From an uncultured delta proteobacterium (GTDB taxonomy: Bacteria; Myxococcota; Myxococcia; Myxococcales; Myxococcaceae): a DNA stretch of 64,000 bases. Within the stretch, counting starts at the first letter, position 1, and the number at the start of each line of letters is the position of its first letter. A program made the translations under genes and the position numbers. The notes under the pieces were generated by a model. That model had not been told where the DNA came from and did not search any database. It saw nothing but the letters and a program-made list of their open reading frames with translations. The stretch covers positions 96,001 through 160,000 of the forward strand of contig CAVQKE010000007.1 in NCBI GenBank assembly GCA_963713045.1, in the 5' to 3' direction. Shown in pieces: positions 10,862 through 18,816 of this stretch.

Positions 10862-12619
10862 TCAGCTCTCCGCCATCGCGAGCTCGGACAGCTTGTCGAG
10901 CACTTCGCTGGGCTGGAAGGGGTTGGCACCACTTCGGGCGAACGGCAGGACACCCTTCGGGACGTCCACAAACATCCTCAAAACTCTGTAGAGCTGCGCT
11001 TGGTAGGAAAGCTCGACGACCAGGCCGGCGCGGACGGAGACGAAGAAGTCCTGGTACACCTGCTCGGCCACTGGGTACACCAGGGTGGGGACGAGCAGCT
11101 TCACGTCCAGTCCCCGGGCGCGGGCGAGTTGGAAGGCCTCCCGGGCGACGCCGGCAGTGCTTCCCCAGCTGACCAGCGCGTAGCGTGCGTTGTCGTTGCC
11201 CTCTATCTGAAAGAGGTCCCGTCGCTGTTTGAGTGGCTCCAGCTTCTTGAAGCGCTTCTCATTCATCCTTTGGTGCATCGCGCCGCTGGCCGTCGGGTCT
11301 CCGTGCTCGTTGTGCTCAATCCCTGAGCCGAGGTAGGTGCAGCCGGGCATTCCCGGGTGACCCACCGGGCTGATGCCGGATTCGGTGAGACGAAAGCGCT
11401 GGTAGTCGCCGACCTCAGCGCCTGTCGGTAATAGGCGGTGCTCCAGGGTGAATTGCGAGGTGTCGATGGCGTCGACAGTTTCCTTGCGCTGAGCAATTTC
11501 CTGGTCCGAGAGGATGATGACCGGCGTCTGGTATTTCTCAGCGAGGTTGAACGCCTCCACCGTCACGCCGAAGGTGTCGGCCACGGAGGTTGGGGCCAGC
11601 ACCGGGCGCACCACGTCACCATGCGCGGAAAAGGCTGCCTGGAAGAGGTCCGCCTGCTCAGGCTTGGTGGGGATTCCGGTGGAGGGACCGCCGCGCTGCA
11701 CATTCAGCACCACCAGCGGTAGTTCGCTGATGGTGGCCAAACCGAGAATCTCCGTCTTCAGCGCCATCCCGGGGCCGGAGGTGGCAGTCATCGACTTCTT
11801 CCCGGCGTAGGAGGCCCCCAGCGCCGCGCCGATGCCGCTGATTTCGTCCTCGGCTTGGAGGACGACGCCGCCGTGCTGCCACAGCTCCCTGGAAAGCGTT
11901 TGCATCACCTCGGTCGACGGAGTGATGGGGTAGCCGCCGAAGAATTCCACGCCGCTGAAGATGGCCCCCGCAGCGCACATGTCGTTGCCGTCGCAGAGCA
12001 TCCGGTTGGCTGCCACCGCGATGGGCCTGGCAAGCACTCGGGACTCGGCCAAGGGGTGCGTCTGGGAATATTCAAAGCCGCTCGCCAGGGCACGCTCGTT
12101 GGCCTCGAAAAGCCCCGCGCCCTTGTCGCCAAACTTCTTCTTCAAGCCTCGCAGCAGTGCCGCTCGAGGAATGTCGAGCCAGCCCGAGATGAGGCCCAGC
12201 ACCACGCTGGTCTTTGCCTTGTCGGTGCCAGCGGCCTTTTTGGCCATCTCGGTGATGGGGACGGAGAAGACGAGTTCCCGCGAAAGTGGACGGGTCGCCG
12301 CCGTCTCGGGCGGAGGCCCCGCCTTCTCCTCATGAATGACGAGAGTGGAGCGACCGAGGGGAAGCTCAGCTCCAAAGCGGAAAAAGTCTTCCCAGTTGAG
12401 GACCACCGCGACGTCGAGCATTCCGCCGGGATTGAGAACTTGCCGGCAGGAGAGGCGCACGCGGCAGGAAGACTCGCCGCCGCGAATTTGTGAGCCGAAG
12501 CTCTTGGTCATCATCGCGTGGTAGCCCTCGGACGAAGCCGCAGCCAGCAGCGATTCGCCCGCGCTCACGACTCCGTCGCCACCGGAGCCAGCCATGCCCA
12601 CGACCAGGTCATCCACCAT
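10862..12619 (-). CDS. 2-oxoacid:ferredoxin oxidoreductase alpha subunit (gamma-alpha fusion, KorA-like)
   Basis: GSGGDGVVSAG, QIRGGES, GYPITPSTE, QAEDEI, TATSGPG, QRGGPSTGIPT. Confidence 0.93.
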   Translation of the reverse strand: MVDDLVVGMAGSGGDGVVSAGESLLAAASSEGYHAMMTKSFGSQIRGGESSCRVRLSCRQVLNPGGMLDVAVVLNWEDFFRFGAELPLGRSTLVIHEEKAGPPPETAATRPLSRELVFSVPITEMAKKAAGTDKAKTSVVLGLISGWLDIPRAALLRGLKKKFGDKGAGLFEANERALASGFEYSQTHPLAESRVLARPIAVAANRMLCDGNDMCAAGAIFSGVEFFGGYPITPSTEVMQTLSRELWQHGGVVLQAEDEISGIGAALGASYAGKKSMTATSGPGMALKTEILGLATISELPLVVLNVQRGGPSTGIPTKPEQADLFQAAFSAHGDVVRPVLAPTSVADTFGVTVEAFNLAEKYQTPVIILSDQEIAQRKETVDAIDTSQFTLEHRLLPTGAEVGDYQRFRLTESGISPVGHPGMPGCTYLGSGIEHNEHGDPTASGAMHQRMNEKRFKKLEPLKQRRDLFQIEGNDNARYALVSWGSTAGVAREAFQLARARGLDVKLLVPTLVYPVAEQVYQDFFVSVRAGLVVELSYQAQLYRVLRMFVDVPKGVLPFARSGANPFQPSEVLDKLSELAMAES

Positions 12620-12635
12620 GGGAGAATTCCGGCGG

Positions 12636-12660
12636 GCCAACCGTGGCAACCACGGTTGGC
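12636..12660. repeat. Perfect 11-bp inverted repeat upstream of the OFOR-nuo operon
   Basis: GCCAACCGTGG-CAA-CCACGGTTGGC, 16 nt upstream of the ATG at 12619. Confidence 0.8.
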
Positions 12661-13055
12661 GAAGAAGCGGCCAAGTTCCGCCGGAGAAGCGAGAAATGCG
12701 CGTGGCTTTCGGCACGACGCAGAATCTGCGGGCCAAAACTGGGCGGTCTTTGAAAAGCGGCTGGCATGCCGGAATTCCCTTCGAGAAGTGCGGTTGTCGC
12801 ACCGGCCCTCATGCACGAGCCGTGCACACTCCCAGGGTCGTTGGCCGCGGCGCGTTAGTCATTGGCCTTGGCGTCCACGGCCTCCTACTGGTCCTGGACG
12901 TGCCCGAAGAGGTCATCGGCGACTGTGGCCTCCTGCTTGGCAGCCCGCCCCAGCTGCTGGACACGGCCCTTTTCAATGTGGATGGCTCGCCAATGACTTG
13001 ACGGACCCGCGCCCGGGTCCTTGGCGTGAGTGGGCAGCCTTTCCGCCGCAAAAAA

Positions 13056-13143
13056 TGCTCGGGCCCAGAATCGAACTGGGACGTTCCCATGAAGGAACCG
13101 CGGATTTTAAGTCCGCTGCGTCTACCGGTTTCGCCACCCGAGC
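13056..13143 (-). tRNA. tRNA-Leu (anticodon TAA), no encoded CCA
   Basis: GCTCGGG acceptor stem, D-arm TGGCGAAACCGGTAGACGC, anticodon arm GCGGA-CTTAAAA-TCCGC, long variable arm, T-loop GTTCGATTC, discriminator A. Confidence 0.96.
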
Positions 13144-13308
13144 AGGGGTATGAGGCGTTGGAAGGTATATGGCACGTGGCGTGTGGAGCGGGAACTGGTC
13201 GCGCAGGGCGCCGTTGGTAGGGTGACGCCGCGCTTGAAACAGCGAGGGGCCACGACGTACCCACGGCTGCAGCCGCGCTTCCGCCTAACCGCGGTGCGCC
13301 GCCAAGGA

Positions 13309-13740
13309 CTATGGCCCAGACGGTGCTGAGCGCGAGAACCACAAGGCGAGCGCGAGGCAGAGGGCGCTCGCCGCACTTAAGACCACCGGCGGAAGAAAAA
13401 AGAACTGAACCACGAGGCCCAGCACAGCCACATTGGCGACCAGAAAAGCGAGGAGGATGGGACGCAGGCGATGGGCTTCCTTCACCGCGAGCGTTGCCAG
13501 AAACCACAGGACCACGGCCTCCAGCAACAAGAGAACGCTCACCGTGAGGCCGAATCCCTCGTAGAAATCCCAGTACGTCCTTTCCGCTCCGAGCACCTCG
13601 AAGCGGTAGGACTTCATGCCGCCAATCACCGCGTTGGTGGCGCCGCCCTGCGACGGCGTCCAGGGCACCCCGGCGGAATGGCCGAGGAAGTAGAGGAAGC
13701 TCAGGACCGAGGCGGCACGCAGAAACGTGGGTGGCTTCAT
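13309..13740 (-). CDS. Small multi-pass membrane protein (LIC_13387-like hypothetical)
   Basis: About four hydrophobic segments plus RTYWDFYEGFG motif; the start could also be 13764. Confidence 0.7.
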   Translation of the reverse strand: MKPPTFLRAASVLSFLYFLGHSAGVPWTPSQGGATNAVIGGMKSYRFEVLGAERTYWDFYEGFGLTVSVLLLLEAVVLWFLATLAVKEAHRLRPILLAFLVANVAVLGLVVQFFFLPPVVLSAASALCLALALWFSRSAPSGP

Positions 13741-13884
13741 GAGGCGCGAGGCGAGAGTCGTCATCAGGGGGGTGTCCCGTGAAGCGGAGGTTCTACTGCG
13801 GAGTTTCTCTTGTTCCCAAGGGCCTCGATTGTCCGTTCGCCAAGTCACACCCTCCTCCGTCGGTGGTGTCAGAGCTACCCGGAC

Positions 13885-14103
13885 ATGCTGGAGACCGTCA
13901 CCAAGGGTTTTCGAGCCGCCAAAGCGCTGTTGGCTGGCCGTGAGGAACTCACCGCGGAGTTGGTGGAGGAGTCTCTCCGCGACGTCCGCGTCTCCTTGCT
14001 GGAGGCCGACGTCGGCTGGGAGATGGTGAAGTCCTTCGTCGCACGGGTGCGGGAGAAGCTGGTGGGCCAACCGTCCAGACGCGGGCAAGCGTTGCCCGCA
14101 TAA
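13885..14103 (+). pseudogene. ffh: Truncated duplicate of the ffh 5' end (N-domain only)
   Basis: 13885-14086 aligns to ffh 17137-17339 with 15 substitutions and one 1-nt deletion by manual count; stop at 14101-14103. Confidence 0.92.
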
Positions 14104-14241
14104 TTCCCCCCCAACAGTTGCGCGAAGGCCCATCCCATAGGGCCGTCAGCGAGTCGCTGCGTGCGGGCCGGGCGCGAGCGGTATCGCGCGCCTCCTTGAG
14201 CGGCAGGCGCGGGTTGGTCGGGGGGGGCTTTCGCGCTGGAC

Positions 14242-14276
14242 AAGTCCGCTGCGTCTACCGGTTTCGCCACCCGAGC
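14242..14276 (-). repeat. Exact copy of the 5' half (nt 1-35) of tRNA-Leu(TAA); att-like direct repeat
   Basis: aagtccgctgcgtctaccggtttcgccacccgagc is identical to 13109-13143. Confidence 0.95.
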
Positions 14277-14746
14277 TGCTGCTGTGGATGCAGAGGTCGT
14301 TTGGGGCCACGGTGGGCACCCCAGAATAAGCACCCCAACCCGCACCGGTGTGACGTCCGGCGTGGAATTTGCGCCCACCAAGCCGGTCGCCGAGACGCGC
14401 GAGGCGGGAGAGTGCCACTCGCGCGAGCGGATGGCAGCGAACTGACTCGTCTTCAAGCAGGCCCGGAGCTTTCGAGCTCGGCTTGGAGACGAGGCAGTGA
14501 AGGACAAAGCCGTTGCCTTAGCGATTCGTCGAGAGGTAAATGGTACAGGCAGGCAAGCAGCCGGTCGTTCGGCCGATTCGAAATGACCGAGCACCAAAGG
14601 GGGGAGTCATTCGAGGCTTTGCCATCAGAGGCGTTGCCGGCGCGCAAGGCGGGCCACGCCTTTGGTCGAGGCCCTCTTACGGCTCTGGGCGGCGCCCAAC
14701 CGTCGCGTCTTCCAGAGACTGGAAGCGAGCCTGGGGCCTCGACGCG

Positions 14747-16898
14747 TGGACGCGGAGGAAACGGCTGGCGGCGGTTTTGGGACTCGCTCTCTTGGCCGGG
14801 TGTCAGTCATCAACAACACCCCAGTGCAATCCCGCCAGCGCACCCAGCCCCTCTCTCTTGGGCCGGTGAGGGCGAACTTGCCTGGAGCCTCGCCGGGGCA
14901 GACGAGGCGAGCATCGACAACGGCATTGGCGCCCTCAACCCCGTGTACGCCTCCGGGCTGAGTGGCGGGGAGTTGTCCTCAACCACGACATTCACCCTGA
15001 CGGCGACCAACTCCTACGGCACAGCAACGACGAACGCGAACGGGTCTGGGTCCGGGCCCACCATCAATTCTTTTACGGCATACCCGTTCGCCCTCGGAGA
15101 AGGAGGAGGGGAGGTCACGCTCAACTGGAGCGTCCTGGCGAGCGATTCCACCACGCTGAGCATTGACAATGGCGTTGGCGACGTGACGAAGACCAATCCC
15201 CGTTCTGCGCCACCCATTTCAGTCACCAAGACGACGACCTTCACGCTGACCGCAACCCAGGGGACCTACCAAAGCACAGCGACCACGACGGTCGTCGTCG
15301 GCAACGGGCTGAGTAACAACTGCCAAGGGCCCACCATCTATGGTGCCTTCTACACGCCTGGATACTCAACAACGCCCTGCCAGCTCACCTGGAACGTCGG
15401 CAATCAGAGCAATGTGAGCTTCGACAATGGCGTCGGGGATGTGGATGCTCCTGGAGGTCGGCCGAATGTGGTGGGGAACCTCGTCGTGACACCCTGCCCG
15501 ACGCCCTACGCCGTCTACACGCTTACGGCATCCAATCCCTGGGGGACGACTACCCTCAAGGTCCCGACCGGTAATGACACCGTGACGAGGGTCTTTCCAA
15601 GCGCCGGACCCCCAGCAGGCGGGACGCCGGTGACCATCACTGGAAGCAACTTTGGGCTGTTGAGCACGGTTAGTTTCGGCGGGAACCAGGCCACGGGTGT
15701 CGTCGTCAACAGTCTGACCAGTATCTCCGCAATCACGCCCCCAGGAGCTGCAGGTGCAGTTGACGTCACCGTCGATGTTTTTCCCACCGGGTCCTTCACG
15801 CTGCCAGGGGGCTTCACCTACAGCGTACTTGCCCCAACCATTGCGAGCATCGCTCCCACGAGCGGACCAACGGCTGGAGGGACACCGGTGACCATTACTG
15901 GAACGAACTTCGAAGCCGGAGCGGTTGTTGCGTTTGGTATCAGCCCGGCAGCGGGTGTCGTCGTCAACAGCCCAACCAGCATCTCCGCCACCACGCCCGC
16001 TTCATTTTCCTCAGCAGCGGGCCCGGTCAACGTCACGGTGATGACCGGCGGACAGACGGCCCAACTGCCGGAGGGCTTCACGTATATTGCCCCTGCGCCC
16101 ACCATCGCGAGCATCTCTCCCACCGGCGGCCCGCCGGTAGGCGGGACACCCGTCACCATCCTCGGTACCGGCTTTCAGATTGGAGCCTCGGTCGACTTCG
16201 GCTCAGCGGCGGCCACCGGCGTCACCGTCACCGGTCCGGGCAGCATCTCCGCCACCACCCCCGCCGGCACCGCAGGCGCAGTCGTTGGCGTCACAGTCAC
16301 CAATCCCGACACCCAATCCTCCACGCTGCCAGGGGCGTTCACCTACGCCACCAGCGCACCGCCGCCCACCATCGCGAGCATTTCCCCTAGCGGCGGCCCA
16401 GCAGCAGGTGGGACAGCGGTCAGCATCGCCGGAAGCAACTTCCAGTCTGGAGCGACGGTGACGTTTGGTACGGCATCGGCGACGGGTGTCACCGTCAACA
16501 GCGCATCCAATATTTCCGCCACCACCCCCGCCGGCGCCGCAGGCGCAGTGGTTGGCGTCACGGTGACAAACCCCGACACCCAATCGGCCACGCTGCCAGG
16601 GGCTTTCACCTATGCCGGTAGCATAGGGGCGCCAACCATCGTCAGCTTCGCCGCCAGCCCAAACACGCTGACGGCAAGCGGCGGCATCGTCACGCTGAGT
16701 TGGAGTGTGACTGGCGCAACTTCCTTGAGCATCGACAATGGTGTTGGAAGCGTGACGCCGGTGACGACGGGCACCACCTATGTCAGCATTCCCGGAAACT
16801 CCAGTGGCCAACCGGAAACGGTGACATTCATCTTGTCCGCCACCAACTCCTCCGGGACCAACATGGCCAGCGCCATCGTCACCGTGGAGAACATTTGA
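14747..16898 (+). CDS. IPT/TIG and Ig-like repeat surface protein, probably a lipoprotein; 5' end frameshifted or uncertain
   Basis: Four IPT/TIG repeats (P..GP.AGGT.VTI.G.NF...SISA.TP...V.V.V...LP..FTY) flanked by Ig-like SIDNGVG/FTLTATN units; signal peptide RRKRLAAVLGLALLAGC lies in another frame at about 14753-14803. Confidence 0.8.
15581..16617 (+). repeat. Four tandem IPT/TIG domain repeats (about 255-270 bp each)
   Basis: Repeats 3 and 4 are nearly identical in DNA (16245-16349 vs 16512-16616). Confidence 0.85.
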
Positions 16899-17136
16899 GC
16901 CACTGCCCGCTGCAACTTTAGCCCACCCCTAAGCCGTAGCGGCCGCAGAGCTAGCAGAAGGCTTCGCGAGGAGTCGGACACTTACAGAGCGAGCCACCAT
17001 CAGGCGGAACCTAACGGGCCTTGCTGCTTCAAGTCGGCTGCGTCCATCCAGTCTCCCCTGCCCTCCTTTCTGTCCTTTTGCAAGTTTTCCGGGTGAGTCG
17101 CCTCGGCCTGCGCCCGTGGTGTAAGAGCAACGCTCC

Positions 17137-18765
17137 ATGCTGGAAACCGTCACCAAGGGTTTTCGAGCCGCCAAAGCGCGGTTGGCTGGCCGTGAGGAGC
17201 TGACTCCGGAGCTGGTGGAGGAGTCCCTCCGCGACGTCCGCGTCTCTTTGCTGGAGGCCGACGTCGCCTTCGAGGTGGTGAAGTCCTTCGTCGCACGGGT
17301 GCGGGAGAAGGCGGTGGGCCAAACCGTCCAGACGCGGGCCACCGACCGGTCCGGGCGGACGCTGAAGGCTTCAGCCGCCGACCAATTCGTCAAGATTTGT
17401 CACGACGAGTTGGAGGCGCTGATGGGGCCAGTGGACACCGGCCTCTCTCTGAAGCCGAAGGGGCAGGTGTCGGGCGTCATGCTGGTTGGGCTACAGGGTT
17501 CCGGGAAGACCACCACCACCGCCAAGCTGGCCAGCCACTTACTTCAGGAGGGCCGCAAGCCGCTGTTGGTTGCGGCCGACGTCCAGCGCCCGGCGGCCGT
17601 GGAACAGCTGCAGACGCTAGGCAGCCGCATCGGTGTGCCGGTTTTCTTCCAAGGCGGGCTGACCCCACCGCAGCTGGCGCAAGCCGGCTATGCCGCCGCT
17701 CGGGAGCAGAAGCGCGACGTGGTGCTGCTGGACACCGCCGGCCGGCTGGCCATCGACGAGGCGTTGATGGCCGAGCTTCAGGCGATGAAGGCGTCGGTGC
17801 ACCCGGACTCTGTCCTTCTGGTGTGCGACGCGATGATTGGCCAGGACGCCGTCCGGACGGCGAGCGAATTCAACCGCCTGCTGGGCCTGGATGGCTTCAT
17901 CCTCACCAAGTTGGACGGGGACGCGCGTGGCGGCGCAGCGCTCTCCATCAAGGAAGTCACGGGCAAGCCCATCAAATTCCTCGGCCTCGGGGAGGGGCTG
18001 GACCGCTTAGAGGAATTCCGCCCGGCCGGGCTGGCGAGCCGCATCCTCGGCTTCGGCGACATCGTCGGCCTGATGAAGGACTTCGAATCGGTGGTGGACG
18101 AGGAGAAGGCCGAGGCGGACGCCGCCAAGCTGCTCTCCGGCACCTTTAACCTGAAGGATTTCGTCGAGCAGATACGCACCGTCCGAAAAATGGGGCCCAT
18201 CAAGGACCTCCTCGAGAAGTTTCCAGTCTTCGGTGAGATGTCCGAGCAGCTCAACCCCGATGAGAAGGAACTGGGCAAAATCGAAGCGCTTTACGACTCG
18301 ATGACGGAGAAGGAACGGCTGCAGCCGAGTCTCATCAACGACTCGCGCGCGGCCCGGATTGCCCGCGGCTCAGGGCGCTCCAAGAAGGACGTCGGCGAGT
18401 TGATGGGAAAGTACCGGATGATGCAGCAGGTGATGGGCGCCGTCGGGCAAAACCCCAGCCTCCTCGGCCGCATCCCCGGCTTCAAGCAGCTTGGACAGCT
18501 GGCCCGGATGAAGAACATGGACATGGGCGCCCTGTTTGGCAAAGACGCCGCGATGATGGAGCAAGCCCTCGGCGGCCGAGGGCCCATGCCGATGCCGAGC
18601 CTGGCACCCGGCTACACTTCGCCGATGGGGCAGGCGGCCATGAACCGCGCGCGACTGATGGGCTACTCCAACGCACCGGCCAGCAAGCCTTTGGACCGCA
18701 ACGCGCTCAATGAAAAACGCAAGCGCGAGCGACAGGCCCGGAAGAAGAACCGCAAGCGGCGGTAA
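17137..18765 (+). CDS. ffh: Signal recognition particle protein Ffh
   Basis: GLQGSGKTTT, DTAGR, TKLDGDARGG, RIARGSG, Met-rich M domain. Confidence 0.97.
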   Translation: MLETVTKGFRAAKARLAGREELTPELVEESLRDVRVSLLEADVAFEVVKSFVARVREKAVGQTVQTRATDRSGRTLKASAADQFVKICHDELEALMGPVDTGLSLKPKGQVSGVMLVGLQGSGKTTTTAKLASHLLQEGRKPLLVAADVQRPAAVEQLQTLGSRIGVPVFFQGGLTPPQLAQAGYAAAREQKRDVVLLDTAGRLAIDEALMAELQAMKASVHPDSVLLVCDAMIGQDAVRTASEFNRLLGLDGFILTKLDGDARGGAALSIKEVTGKPIKFLGLGEGLDRLEEFRPAGLASRILGFGDIVGLMKDFESVVDEEKAEADAAKLLSGTFNLKDFVEQIRTVRKMGPIKDLLEKFPVFGEMSEQLNPDEKELGKIEALYDSMTEKERLQPSLINDSRAARIARGSGRSKKDVGELMGKYRMMQQVMGAVGQNPSLLGRIPGFKQLGQLARMKNMDMGALFGKDAAMMEQALGGRGPMPMPSLAPGYTSPMGQAAMNRARLMGYSNAPASKPLDRNALNEKRKRERQARKKNRKRR

Positions 18766-18816
18766 CCCATCCCTCGCGGGCTTGCCGGGGCAGTGTCGCT
18801 TCGGTCCCGACGGTCC

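Noticed and set aside
12855..12985. Short minus-strand frame (…IEKGRVQQLGRAAKQ…DQ*EAVDAKAND*) with an in-frame TAG, vaguely CsbD-like
   Set aside because: No start codon and too short to support; at best a gene remnant, and not evidence of stop-codon recoding.
13109..14276. Group I intron in tRNA-Leu(UAA): the half-tRNA breaks at the classic U^AA insertion site
   Set aside because: No P1/IGS or catalytic-core motifs follow the break, there is no terminal G before a free 3' exon, and the downstream tRNA is complete with its own 5' half.
16899..17136. SRP RNA (ffs) next to ffh
   Set aside because: The conserved domain IV motif (CAGG…GGAA…AGCAG) was not found.
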